The notes: generated from the sequence alone by a model not told the origin. Shown: positions 28,795 through 38,488, counted from the first letter of the stretch. The stretch is 64,000 nt of DNA from Candidatus Woesebacteria bacterium (GCA_003484955.1 DMZH01000001.1:215848-279847), one strand, 5' to 3'. Made by a program: numbers and translations.

Positions 28795-28854
28795 ATTTAC
28801 TTTACATGCGTGAAACGCATGCAAAAGCTTTAGCTTTTTCCAAGAGTGAAACTT

Positions 28855-29292
28855 ATGAAATGTCCTTTTTGCGGTACAGCTGAGACAAGTGTTTTAGAGA
28901 GTAGGACCGTTGAGGACGGTTCAATAAGAAGAAGAAGGGAATGTGATAAGTGCGGAAAGAGATTTACAACGGTAGAACAGGTAAAAAGAAGTTTTCTATG
29001 GGTAATTAAGAAGGACGGCAGGCGGGAGGTCTTTGATAAAGAAAAGATAAAAAGGGGGATACTTAGGGCAATTGAAAAACGTCCCGTTTCTTTGGATCTT
29101 GTTGACGATGTTACCGATCAGGTAGAAATGGAAATGCTGAGAAGTGAAAAACAAGAAATTTCCACGGGAGCCATAGGAAGCGCAGTCTTGAAAAAATTGA
29201 AAAAAATAGATAAAGTCGCCTGGCTCAGATTTGCAAGTGTCTACCTCGAATTTGAAGATTTAAGTGATTTTGAAAAATTAATCGAAAAATAA
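28855..29292 (+). CDS. nrdR: Transcriptional repressor NrdR
   Basis: MKCPFC, RRRREC..C..RFTT, ATP cone, VAWLRFASVY. Confidence 0.96.
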   Translation: MKCPFCGTAETSVLESRTVEDGSIRRRRECDKCGKRFTTVEQVKRSFLWVIKKDGRREVFDKEKIKRGILRAIEKRPVSLDLVDDVTDQVEMEMLRSEKQEISTGAIGSAVLKKLKKIDKVAWLRFASVYLEFEDLSDFEKLIEK

Positions 29293-29294
29293 AA

Positions 29295-31751
29295 ATGGCA
29301 TTACAAACGGTAAGTTCAAAAAAAGCGTCTAAAGCTAAACAAAAGAAAGTCGTTTATAAAAACGGTGAGACAAAAGTAACTCTCAACGATTTAATTGCAC
29401 CCTCCTATGAAGAAATAATGTCCGAGGTAAAGAAAAAGGCGGGAGAACGGCCCGAAAGAGATCCGGCATTGCCGGCAGGAATCTGGACGAAACAGGCACT
29501 AAAGGTATTGGAGGAGAGATATTTGGTAAAAGATGAGAAGCTAAACCCCATTGAAAATCCTGAAGATATGGTTTGGAGAGTTTCCTGGGAGATGGCCTCG
29601 GCCGAAGTCAGGTGGGGAAGTAAAAGAAAAGAAGTGGAGGCTCTCGCAAAAGAATTTTACAACCTTTTGATTTCAAGAGAGTTTTTGCCAAACTCTCCAA
29701 CATTAATGAATGCTGGAACCGGTAACGGTCTCCAATATTCTGCTTGTTTTGTTTTGCCGGTTGAGGACTCCATGGAGGGAATCTTTGATGCTCTGAAATA
29801 TCAGGCCTTAATCCATAAAACAGGAGGGGGAACCGGATTTTCTTTCAGCAGGCTTAGGGAGGGAGGTTCTATTGTCAGGACTTCTTCAGGAATTGCTTCC
29901 GGGCCGGTTTCGTTCATGAGAATTTTTGATGCGGCAACCAATGAAGTTAAACAGGGCGGAAAAAGAAGGGGTGCAAATATGGGAATTCTAAGGGTTGACC
30001 ACCCGGATGTGTTGGAATTTATTCACTGTAAAGAGAACGGGGGGATAACCAATTTTAATATCTCGGTTGCAATTACAGATAAGTTTATAGATGCCTATTA
30101 CAAAGACGAAGAATACGAACTGATTAGTCCAAAAACCAAAAGCACGGTTGGAACTCTTTCTGCTAGGCGGGTTTTTGATGAGATTGCGGAATCGGCATGG
30201 AAAACCGGGGATCCGGGGCTTATCTTTATCGATAGGGTTAACCAGGGAACTGCTAATCCAATCCCTGCTTTAGGCCCAATTGAATCCACAAATCCGTGCG
30301 GAGAACAGCCTCTTTATCCTTTTGATGTCTGTAACTTAGGCAGCATCTTTTTGACCTATTTTATTAAAGAAGAAAACGGTAAAAAAGAAGTCGATTGGGA
30401 AAAACTCAAAAAAGTCACACATCAGGCCACCAGATTTTTGGATGATGTTATTGAAGTTAATCCGTTTCCACTTCCCGAAATTAGAAAAGTGGCATTTAAT
30501 ATCAGGAGAATCGGTCTTGGGGTGGGAGGATGGAGTGATATGCTTGTTGGCCTGGGAATTCCTTATGACAGTGAGGAGGCGATGACGCTGGCCGAAAAAG
30601 TAATGAAATTTATTCAGGATGAGGCAGTTTCGGCATCCGAGGAGCTGGCAAAAAAAAGAGGACCTTTCTTCCTTTGGCCGGTTTCAATTTACAGGGAAGG
30701 CGCTCCAAGAAGACACTCTACTGTTACGACAATCGCCCCAACCGGGACAATTTCAATCCTTGCAGGCGCCAGCAGCGGAATTGAACCGATGTTTGCGATT
30801 GCCTATCAGCATATTGTTAAAGATAAACACCTCAATAGAAAACTTTCTTTTGTTAACCCTGATTTTGAAAAAATTGCCAAAGAGCGTGGTTTCTGGTCGG
30901 AAGACCTGATGGCAAAAGTTGCCGAAAAAGGAGTGGTAAGGGATATAGAGGAAGTTCCGGAGGACGTCAGGAGAATTTTCGGGACGGCTCACGAGATAGA
31001 TATAAACTGGCATATAAGAACACAAACAGCCTTCCAAAAATATACTGAAAACGCCGTCAGTAAGACAATTAATTTGAGGCACGATGCAACAGTTGATGAT
31101 GTCAAAAAGGCATATTTGGCAGCATGGGAGGGTAACTGTAAAGGAATTACCATCTTTAGAGACGGTAGCAAAAGCGAGCAGGTTTTGAATTTAGGACTTG
31201 ATAAAAAAGAAGAAAGTAAAAGGGAAAACCCGGCTCCAAGCCAAATGATTTTGGAAAGACCGGTAAAGGTTGAAGGAGCAACATATAGAATTGTTACACC
31301 TCTTGGTAGTGCATTTATTACCGTTAATCAGGATTCTGAAGGAAATCCATTTGAATTATTTATTACAATCGGAAAGGCGGGAAGTGAAGTTGCGGCTATG
31401 GCGGAGGCTCTGGGACGTATGATTTCTACAACCCTGAGATTTGGAAATCATAAGCCGCCGATTGAAAGGGCACGCGAAATAGTTGAACAACTAAAAGGTA
31501 TTGGTGGGGGAAGGTCGGTGGGTTTTGGACCAAATAAAGTTAGATCCTTGCCCGATGCCGTAGCTAAGGCGATTTCACTTCATTTTGGATTTAATAATGT
31601 AAATCATGATGCTCCTGAGGTGATAGAAGCCGCTTCGGATAAAGAAGAAACCAAAGTTGTTGGTGATATTTGCCCTGCCTGCGGATCTCCCGCTCTTGTC
31701 TATCAAGAAGGTTGTTCCAAATGTCATGCATGCGGGCACTCCGAGTGTTAA
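29295..31751 (+). CDS. nrdJ: Adenosylcobalamin-dependent (class II) ribonucleotide reductase with TSCPD domain
   Basis: PNSPTLMNAG, SACFV, TNPCGEQ, TIAPTGT, C-terminal CPAC...CHACGHSEC. Confidence 0.93.
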   Translation: MALQTVSSKKASKAKQKKVVYKNGETKVTLNDLIAPSYEEIMSEVKKKAGERPERDPALPAGIWTKQALKVLEERYLVKDEKLNPIENPEDMVWRVSWEMASAEVRWGSKRKEVEALAKEFYNLLISREFLPNSPTLMNAGTGNGLQYSACFVLPVEDSMEGIFDALKYQALIHKTGGGTGFSFSRLREGGSIVRTSSGIASGPVSFMRIFDAATNEVKQGGKRRGANMGILRVDHPDVLEFIHCKENGGITNFNISVAITDKFIDAYYKDEEYELISPKTKSTVGTLSARRVFDEIAESAWKTGDPGLIFIDRVNQGTANPIPALGPIESTNPCGEQPLYPFDVCNLGSIFLTYFIKEENGKKEVDWEKLKKVTHQATRFLDDVIEVNPFPLPEIRKVAFNIRRIGLGVGGWSDMLVGLGIPYDSEEAMTLAEKVMKFIQDEAVSASEELAKKRGPFFLWPVSIYREGAPRRHSTVTTIAPTGTISILAGASSGIEPMFAIAYQHIVKDKHLNRKLSFVNPDFEKIAKERGFWSEDLMAKVAEKGVVRDIEEVPEDVRRIFGTAHEIDINWHIRTQTAFQKYTENAVSKTINLRHDATVDDVKKAYLAAWEGNCKGITIFRDGSKSEQVLNLGLDKKEESKRENPAPSQMILERPVKVEGATYRIVTPLGSAFITVNQDSEGNPFELFITIGKAGSEVAAMAEALGRMISTTLRFGNHKPPIERAREIVEQLKGIGGGRSVGFGPNKVRSLPDAVAKAISLHFGFNNVNHDAPEVIEAASDKEETKVVGDICPACGSPALVYQEGCSKCHACGHSEC

Positions 31752-31762
31752 AATGACGCCGA

Positions 31763-32299
31763 ATGGCTATCTATACAAAAACGGGTGATAAAGGGGAAAC
31801 GGGACTTTTTTCTTCTGATAGGTCAAAAAAAATCAGGATAAGTAAAGCTTCTTTGAGGGTTGAGGCAATTGGATCGGTAGATGAGGCAAACACTTTTTTG
31901 GGATTGGCAGCATCTTTTCTAAAAAACAAGGAAATTAATCCCAAGATAATTGAAATTCAGAAACACCTTTTTGAGGTTGGGGCTATATTGGCAGGTGTAA
32001 AAATTGATATGGATAAAGATCTACCCCAGGAAATGGAAAAAGAGATTGATGAAATGGATAAACGACTACCCAAATTAACCCACTTTATTCTTCCAGGAGG
32101 TGGGCACGGGGGAAGCCTTCTTTTTATGGCAAGAACATTTATCAGGCGGGCCGAGAGAAGAGTAGTTTCCCTTTCCAAGAAAGAAAAAGTTAACACAAAT
32201 CTAATGATTTATCTTAATAGACTTTCTGACTACGTCTATACACTTGCGAGGTACTCAAACTTCAAAGAAGGGATAAAGGAAAAGGCTTGGAGAGGGTAG
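31763..32299 (+). CDS. PduO-type cob(I)alamin adenosyltransferase
   Basis: IYTKTGDKGET, GSVDEAN, RRAER, LNRLSD. Confidence 0.93.
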   Translation: MAIYTKTGDKGETGLFSSDRSKKIRISKASLRVEAIGSVDEANTFLGLAASFLKNKEINPKIIEIQKHLFEVGAILAGVKIDMDKDLPQEMEKEIDEMDKRLPKLTHFILPGGGHGGSLLFMARTFIRRAERRVVSLSKKEKVNTNLMIYLNRLSDYVYTLARYSNFKEGIKEKAWRG

Positions 32300-32324
32300 C
32301 TAACTGTTATACAATGGTTGATAT

Positions 32325-32678
32325 ATGGCTGCCACACCTGAGGTCCTAAAATCAAGTCAACCCGAAGTTCAGGAGATAAATAAAGAAGCCGAATTTATAG
32401 TTCCTGAAACATTACGGCAAAGCACGGGTATCCAAGTCGTCCAAAAAAACTTTAAATCGCAAGTTAAAGACGATCATGGACAGCCTCTAATCCAGACTCC
32501 GCCGGCTCAGGTAATTGAAGTAAACCCTCCGGCAGACCTGGAAACACTTACCGACTGGTCAAAAGGTTCCGTAGATTCTTCTCAAACATGGTTGGGAATG
32601 TTTTGGAAGAGAATTTTTCTGAAAGCCTTATATTTTGGTTGGAAAATAATTGGAAAGGAAAAAGCAAATGCCGCTTGA
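32325..32678 (+). CDS. Hypothetical protein
   Basis: 117-aa ORF overlapping the start of the ATPase gene. Confidence 0.65.
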   Translation: MAATPEVLKSSQPEVQEINKEAEFIVPETLRQSTGIQVVQKNFKSQVKDDHGQPLIQTPPAQVIEVNPPADLETLTDWSKGSVDSSQTWLGMFWKRIFLKALYFGWKIIGKEKANAA

Positions 32679-35001
32679 TTCAATAAACTACGCAAATATT
32701 CTTTTTATAGCGGTTTTAACCGTGTTTCTTATTTTTCTTTTGGTTGCTTTCGGGTATTCTGTTTTTATTTATTTTAAAAATAGGGATCGTGAGAAGAAAT
32801 CTATAGAGTCGGTGCTTTTACAAGTTGCGGTTCCAAGGCACAACGAAACGAAAATAGACGTTATGGAGCAGCTTATTTCCGGCCTTTATTCAATAAAAAA
32901 AGGAGGTTGGAAACAAAAATTTTCGGTGCAGCCGGCGATTTCTTTTGAGATAGTTGCCAGGCAGGAAGATATCCGTTTTTATGTTTGGGTTCCCCAGAAG
33001 CTTAAGGATTTGGTTGAAAAACAAATAAACGGAGCATATTCGGATGCCGAGGTGATTGAGGTTGATGAATACAATGTTTTTGACAGTAAAGGTAAAGTTG
33101 CCTACAAAACATTTCAATTAGGAAAAAATAATTTTTATCCCCTTAAAACTTTTAAAGATTTAGCAACGGATCCTATGCTTGGAATCACCTCGGCTCTCGC
33201 AAAAATGGGACCGGGGGATGCTGCTGTGATTCAAATTATTATTTCTCCGGCAGAGACTGATTGGCAAAAAGAGGGAAGTCATTTTGTGAGCGACACCAAA
33301 AAACAGGAAAGTGATGCCGAAAAAGCAAAGTTTTCTACTTCAGCTAAAACCCTGGAGGCGGTTGAATCAAAAATCAGCAAGCCGGGGTTTGAGACATCCA
33401 TAAGAATTATTGCCGTGTCGGAAGATGAAGAGACCGCCAAAGGAACCGTGACAAACATTGCCGGATCTTTTGCTCAATTTGCGGGAGAGCTGAACAGTCT
33501 TAAAGGAAGAAAGATCTACAGAAAATCTTCATTTATGGAGGACTTTTTGTACAGATACCAGCCTATGTTTAATATTTTTGGCAATCATGTTTCCATTCTT
33601 AATTCCGAAGAATTGGCTACTATTTTTCATTTTCCAAATAAACAAATTACAACCCCACATATCCACTGGCTTAATGCTAAAACAGCCCCTGCTCCTTCCC
33701 AGATTCCCACCGAAGGGCTTCATTTGGGAGTTAGTGCCTACAGGGGAATCAAAAGACCGGTTTACATCAGCAATGAGGATAGGATGCGCCACATTTATAT
33801 AATCGGAAAAACTGGCACAGGGAAGTCCGAACTTCTTAAAGACCTTGTTCTGCAGGATATAAGAGAGGGAAAAGGAGTTTGCTTTATGGATCCACATGGA
33901 GATGCAGTTGAAGATATTCTGAAACTTATTCCGCCGGAGAGAGCTGAGGACGTTATTTATTTTAATCCGAGTGACACGGAACGCCCTCTGGGAATGAACC
34001 TCCTTGAAGCAAGAACCGAGGATGAAAAACATTTTGCAGCTACTTCGGTGATTAATCTCATGTATAAGCTTTTTGATCCTTATAAAACCGGAATTGTAGG
34101 GCCAAGGTTTGAACATGGTGTCAGAAATGCCATGCTTACGGTAATGGCAGAACCGGGAAATACTTTTGTTGAGCTAATGCGTGCAATGACCGATTCCAGA
34201 TATGTTCAGGAACTTTTGCCGAAGGTTACCGACCCCATCATTAGGAGATATTGGACTGATCAGATTGCCCAGACTTCAGACTTTCATAAATCTGAAGTTT
34301 TGGATTACACAGTCTCAAAATTTGGCCGCTTTGTCACAAATAAGCTTATAAGAAATATCATTGGACAATCTCAAAGCTCTTTTGACATGAGGAAAGTTAT
34401 GGACGAGGGTAAAATTCTCCTAATTAATCTTGCCAAAGGTCCACTGGGGGAGGAAAACAGCAACTTTTTAGGTCTTCTTCTTGTCCCGAGAATTTTGATG
34501 GCGGCAATGAGTAGGGCCAATGTTCCGATGGCTCAAAGACGCGATTTTTACTTTTATGTTGATGAATTCCAGAATTTTGCTACGCCAGATTTTGCAGTGA
34601 TTTTATCCGAAGCCAGAAAATATCGGCTTGGACTTTGTGTTGCCAACCAATTTATCGGACAGGTTGAAGAGGAAGTCAAAAACGCGGTTTTTGGCAATGT
34701 CGGAACACTTGTCGCCTTCAGGGTGGGGGTATCCGATGCCAATTATCTCCAGCATGAATTTACACCGACCTTTGGGGAAGACGACCTTCTTAATGTTGAG
34801 CGCTACCATGCCTACTGTAAGACGATCGTCAATAACGAACCCGTCCCTCCTTTTTCGATGGATATGAGCAAGGACATGAATAAACAGAAAGCGGCAGAAA
34901 GCCCGCGGGTTGCCGAAATAATAAAAGAAATGAGCAGACTTAAATACGGACGTGACGAAAAATTGGTTGAAGCGGAGATTCAAAGAAGATCCAATCTTTA
35001 G
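32668..35001 (+). CDS. VirD4/TraD/HerA-like ATPase (type IV coupling-protein-like)
   Basis: N-terminal TM; Walker A GKTGTGKS, DPHGD, YVDEFQNF, SEARKY. Confidence 0.88.
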   Translation: MPLDSINYANILFIAVLTVFLIFLLVAFGYSVFIYFKNRDREKKSIESVLLQVAVPRHNETKIDVMEQLISGLYSIKKGGWKQKFSVQPAISFEIVARQEDIRFYVWVPQKLKDLVEKQINGAYSDAEVIEVDEYNVFDSKGKVAYKTFQLGKNNFYPLKTFKDLATDPMLGITSALAKMGPGDAAVIQIIISPAETDWQKEGSHFVSDTKKQESDAEKAKFSTSAKTLEAVESKISKPGFETSIRIIAVSEDEETAKGTVTNIAGSFAQFAGELNSLKGRKIYRKSSFMEDFLYRYQPMFNIFGNHVSILNSEELATIFHFPNKQITTPHIHWLNAKTAPAPSQIPTEGLHLGVSAYRGIKRPVYISNEDRMRHIYIIGKTGTGKSELLKDLVLQDIREGKGVCFMDPHGDAVEDILKLIPPERAEDVIYFNPSDTERPLGMNLLEARTEDEKHFAATSVINLMYKLFDPYKTGIVGPRFEHGVRNAMLTVMAEPGNTFVELMRAMTDSRYVQELLPKVTDPIIRRYWTDQIAQTSDFHKSEVLDYTVSKFGRFVTNKLIRNIIGQSQSSFDMRKVMDEGKILLINLAKGPLGEENSNFLGLLLVPRILMAAMSRANVPMAQRRDFYFYVDEFQNFATPDFAVILSEARKYRLGLCVANQFIGQVEEEVKNAVFGNVGTLVAFRVGVSDANYLQHEFTPTFGEDDLLNVERYHAYCKTIVNNEPVPPFSMDMSKDMNKQKAAESPRVAEIIKEMSRLKYGRDEKLVEAEIQRRSNL

Positions 35002-35089
35002 GAAATGGATATAGAGATACAAAGTAGTTGGTGCCGGTTGTTTTTTCTAACTTTATATCTTAATATCAATTCACTTAATATCTAAAAAT

Positions 35090-35932
35090 ATGAACATCGG
35101 TATTATCGGCAACGGATATGTGGGCGGTGCTACAGGGACGGGTTTTGCCACAAACCCTGATAATAAAATTTTTTGGTACGATAAATATAAAAAAAGCCCC
35201 GACACACTAGACGAAGTAATCGAAAAGTCAGACTTCATTTTTATTTGTGTTCCTACACCTATTTTTTCCGATTATTCAGGAATGGATATGAGTATAGTTG
35301 AGGAAGTTGTAGGGGAGGTTGCAGAAAAAATCAAAGATTCGGAAAAGATTGTCATCATTAAATCAACTTCACTTCCCGGAACTACCAAGAAAATGATAAA
35401 AAAATACCCTCATGTAAATTTTGTCATGAACCCTGAATTTCTAACTCAGAAAAACGCAAATGCTGATTTTCTTAAACCATTTAGGACTGTGATTGGCTGT
35501 GAGGCGCCTGATGTGGGGGATAGAGTCAAGAAACTCTACGAAACAATTTTACCCGGAGATCAAAAATACATAATTACGGATACAACCAGTGCAGAGGTAA
35601 TTAAGTATATGAGCAACTTAATGCTTGCCAGTAAAGTTCTTCTGGCAAATGAATTTTATGAACTTTCTAAAAAAGTCGGGGCAAACTATTTGGATGTACA
35701 AAAAGGAGTTGAGTCGGATCCAAGGATAGGAACCCATCTAGGTGTTCCCGGGCCAGATGGCGATGTTGGATTTGGAGGGGCGTGTTTCCCTAAAGATATG
35801 GTGGGAATATTGGGTTTGGCAAAAAAACTTAATGTTGATATGAATACCCTCAAAACTATCTGGGAGGAAAATCTCAGGATAAGAAAACATCGCGATTGGG
35901 AAGAAATGCCTCAGGCTTTCAAGAAAAAATAA
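35090..35932 (+). CDS. UDP-glucose/GDP-mannose dehydrogenase family (short form)
   Basis: GNGYVG, CVPTP, KST, NPEFL, GFGGACFPKD; lacks the C-terminal UDP-binding domain. Confidence 0.88.
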   Translation: MNIGIIGNGYVGGATGTGFATNPDNKIFWYDKYKKSPDTLDEVIEKSDFIFICVPTPIFSDYSGMDMSIVEEVVGEVAEKIKDSEKIVIIKSTSLPGTTKKMIKKYPHVNFVMNPEFLTQKNANADFLKPFRTVIGCEAPDVGDRVKKLYETILPGDQKYIITDTTSAEVIKYMSNLMLASKVLLANEFYELSKKVGANYLDVQKGVESDPRIGTHLGVPGPDGDVGFGGACFPKDMVGILGLAKKLNVDMNTLKTIWEENLRIRKHRDWEEMPQAFKKK

Positions 35933-35946
35933 CTGTCAAAATCTAG

Positions 35947-36017
35947 TGGGCTCGCATGGAATCGAACCATGGCATCGACTTTATAAGAGTCGTGTCCTAC
36001 CATTAAACGACAAGCCC
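35947..36017 (-). tRNA. tRNA-Ile(TAT)
   Basis: GGGCTTG/CGAGCCC-A acceptor; anticodon arm CGACT-CT TAT AA-AGTCG; T arm CATGG-TTCGATT-CCATG; CCA not encoded. Confidence 0.9.
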
Positions 36018-36062
36018 GTTACTATCAAAGTCTAGTCGTATTATAACAGAAGAGAGGCTGTT

Positions 36063-36926
36063 TTATAGCTCTATGAGGACTTGTTTTTTACCAGGATCCG
36101 TAATTTGGGCAAGTTCAAGATAGCGCTCGGTTGTCGAAAGGCGCTTGTGTCCTGAAACTTGTGAGAGAAGAACAATATCAACTCCGGCTTTAAGGTTTTC
36201 AATAATAAATGTGGTCCTCAAGTCATTGACAGAATAGTTTGGAAGTTCTGCTTTTTGAATATATCTGGCAATTGACGCCCTGATATTTCTGACTGCCAGA
36301 GGCTTTCCGTTTTTACTGATAAACACATACGGCGAATCCGCCTTCGGACGGATTGTCAGGTAGGCATTTAACACATCGGATGCGGGTTTGTTGAGAGGAA
36401 TAGTTCTTTCGGGTTGGGTTGCATAGGCCTCAATTTTTAAGGAATCTCCCCCGACATTTTCAGTCTTTAAGCTGGCAACTTCGGAAATTCTAAGTCCGCT
36501 TTGGAGAATTAGTTCAGTGATAGCGGCGATCCTAATATCATTTCTGACGACATCCCTTAGGGCTCTATACTCAAGAGGGGAGAGAAATTTGGGAAGCGCA
36601 CTTTCAATTTTTGGATGTGCTACCGAAGCGGAAACATCGGATGTAATGATATTTTCCGAAATCATCCATCTAAAGAAGGTTTTGACGGCGTTAAGCTTGC
36701 GGCTAACCGATTTCGGGGTGTATTTATCGGCCAAAAGAGTATCACGAAAAGAGTCGAGATCATCTGGTCTTACCTGTTCGGGTAAAACTTTTTCGCGTCT
36801 GACCAAAAACTCCACTAGCTGAGTTAAGTCGCTTCGGTAGGCCAAAATGGTTGCCGGTGAACGCCTTTTCTCAGTTAACGAATTTATAAATTTTGGGAGC
36901 AGGCTTTTGATAGGTTCTTGTGCCAT
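36063..36926 (-). CDS. XerC/XerD-like tyrosine recombinase
   Basis: SAM-like N-terminus (TILAYRSDL, SVSRKLNAVKTFF), GLRISE, NDLR, GHKRLSTTERY. Confidence 0.9.
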   Translation of the reverse strand: MAQEPIKSLLPKFINSLTEKRRSPATILAYRSDLTQLVEFLVRREKVLPEQVRPDDLDSFRDTLLADKYTPKSVSRKLNAVKTFFRWMISENIITSDVSASVAHPKIESALPKFLSPLEYRALRDVVRNDIRIAAITELILQSGLRISEVASLKTENVGGDSLKIEAYATQPERTIPLNKPASDVLNAYLTIRPKADSPYVFISKNGKPLAVRNIRASIARYIQKAELPNYSVNDLRTTFIIENLKAGVDIVLLSQVSGHKRLSTTERYLELAQITDPGKKQVLIEL

Positions 36927-36942
36927 AATATATTCGTAGCAG

Positions 36943-37004
36943 TTTGCTTTGCAATTATGACTCAGATGCTATGGGCACCTTTCGTCTATTTGCTTTGCAA
37001 TTAT
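36943..37004. repeat. 16-bp direct repeat TTTGCTTTGCAATTAT (36943-36958, 36989-37004)
   Basis: Exact duplication with a 30-bp spacer in the xer/ftsB intergenic region. Confidence 0.85.
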
Positions 37005-37050
37005 AGTGCAAATTTTAAAATAGTCAATGCATTACAGGATATAATTAATT

Positions 37051-37440
37051 ATGAAAAACAAAAACCCAGGTCTCCTGGAAGTCAAGTTTAAAAGTGTTTT
37101 GGGATACGCAATATGGTTTTTAGCGGTACTTCTTTCGATTTCCACCGTCAGGAATATAGGTAGAGTAGTAAGCATCAGAAAGCAGGTGGAGGCGGAGAGG
37201 CAGAAAGTCGAAAAAATGCAGGCGGATAACGCAAAACTTCAAACTCAAATCGCTGAAGCGCAAGGACAGGATTTTATCGAAAAGCAAATTCGGAACAAGC
37301 TTGGGCTCACCAAAGAAGGGGAGGCTATGGTTGTGCTTCCGGACGAATCAATAGTCAGAAGTCTTGCCCCTTCTCTAACTTCCGAAGAAGAAACGCTTCC
37401 TGATCCAAACTGGAAGAAATGGGAAAAACTGTTTTTCTAG
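37051..37440 (+). CDS. Septum formation initiator (FtsB/DivIC family)
   Basis: TM plus coiled coil, FIEKQIRNKLGLTKEGE, PNWKKW. Confidence 0.85.
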   Translation: MKNKNPGLLEVKFKSVLGYAIWFLAVLLSISTVRNIGRVVSIRKQVEAERQKVEKMQADNAKLQTQIAEAQGQDFIEKQIRNKLGLTKEGEAMVVLPDESIVRSLAPSLTSEEETLPDPNWKKWEKLFF

Positions 37441-37447
37441 CTTCTTG

Positions 37448-37727
37448 TTGCGGGGCTGGGAGTTGAACCCAGCCTGTGAGATTATGCTTTTCGCGTTTCT
37501 CCGGTTTCCCGGAGTGTCGGACTATGTCTTCCCCGAAACAAGTTCGGAGTCTGGCGTATAGTCTCTACGGACTCGCCACATTCAGTTATGAATGTGGATT
37601 GCCTCGGCGTTACCCTGTGACTCGAATAATCTTGTCATTTAGGTTTCACCGATACAGTCAGATTTCATTCTAATCTCTTAGAAATGGCCCAATTTGAGCC
37701 TCACGTGCAGCCGTACACTACCCCGCA
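37448..37727 (-). tRNA. tRNA-Met(CAT), probably initiator, split by a group I intron (exons 37727-37697 and 37486-37448)
   Basis: TGCGGGG/CCCCGCA-A acceptor (fMet-like); spliced anticodon arm TGAGG-CT CAT AA-TCTCA; T arm CTGGG-TTCAACT-CCCAG. Confidence 0.88.
37487..37696 (-). ncRNA. Group I intron (210 nt, no ORF) inserted after U33
   Basis: P1 GGCTC-aaatt-GGGCC with U.G at the splice site; GTAGAGACTATAC and GAAGACATAGTCC core; P9 hairpin CTCCGG-GAAA-CCGGAG; terminal G at 37487. Confidence 0.9.
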
Positions 37728-37804
37728 TATAAACGAACAGCTTGAATTATATCATGTTTTCAAATCTTAACAATATTAAACCTAACTATATAGTATAATA
37801 AATT

Positions 37805-38488
37805 ATGTCTAAGTCGGTTCAGAAGGTTGAAGCTAGAGAGTTAAGATTAAAAGGAAAAAGCATTAAAAAAATTGCCAAAAAACTTGGTGTTTCGGTTGGC
37901 TCTGTAAGTATTTGGTGTCGGGATATCGAATTAAGTCTTGATCAGAAAAAGATATTGGATATTAATGCTAGAAATCCTTATTACGGCGGAAGGGGGGTTT
38001 ATTTAAGAAACTTAAAAAAGAGAACCGACCTGAAGGCCAAAAAACTTGAAAAGGCCGGAGTTAAAGAAATAGGGAAACTGGGCAAAAGAGAACTGTTTCT
38101 AACCGGCGCAGCCCTTTATTGGGCGGAGGGTTTTAAAAAAGACAGCCAGGTAGGTTTGGCCAGTCTTGATTCCAAAATGATTAAATTTTTTATTAAATGG
38201 CTTAAAGTTTGTTTTGGATATAAAGATCAGGACCTAATGTTTAGACTGACGGTAAACATCAGTCATAAATACAGAATTTCCGAGATTGAAAAACACTGGT
38301 CGGAGGAACTAAAAATTCCCCTCAGCCAATTCCAAAAGCCTTTTTACCAAAATTTTATATGGAAAAAGGTTTACGACAATCCAGAAGATTACTTTGGTGT
38401 TTTAAGAGTTAAGGTGCGAAAAAGTAAAGATTTTCTGAGAAAAATTTATGGATTTATCGATGGTTTGAGATTACAAGCTCAAGTGTAG
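37805..38488 (+). CDS. HTH plus LAGLIDADG-like domain protein
   Basis: N-terminal HTH (SIKKIAKKLGVSVGSVSIW); AALYWAEG resembles a LAGLIDADG helix, followed by a basic beta-rich region. Confidence 0.7.
   Translation: MSKSVQKVEARELRLKGKSIKKIAKKLGVSVGSVSIWCRDIELSLDQKKILDINARNPYYGGRGVYLRNLKKRTDLKAKKLEKAGVKEIGKLGKRELFLTGAALYWAEGFKKDSQVGLASLDSKMIKFFIKWLKVCFGYKDQDLMFRLTVNISHKYRISEIEKHWSEELKIPLSQFQKPFYQNFIWKKVYDNPEDYFGVLRVKVRKSKDFLRKIYGFIDGLRLQAQV

Noticed and set aside
32668-36926. Integrative conjugative element (coupling-protein-like ATPase, tyrosine recombinase and tRNA)
   Set aside because: No relaxase, VirB4 or mating-pair genes, no att duplication of tRNA-Ile, and composition like the core genes; more likely resident chromosomal genes.
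36943-37004. Mini-CRISPR interpretation of repeat-spacer-repeat units (also 62682-62756)
   Set aside because: Only two short copies each, different repeat sequences, one is a tRNA fragment, and there are no cas genes in the window.
37476-37673. 65-aa ORF as an intron-encoded endonuclease
   Set aside because: Antisense to the intron core, no nuclease motif, too short.
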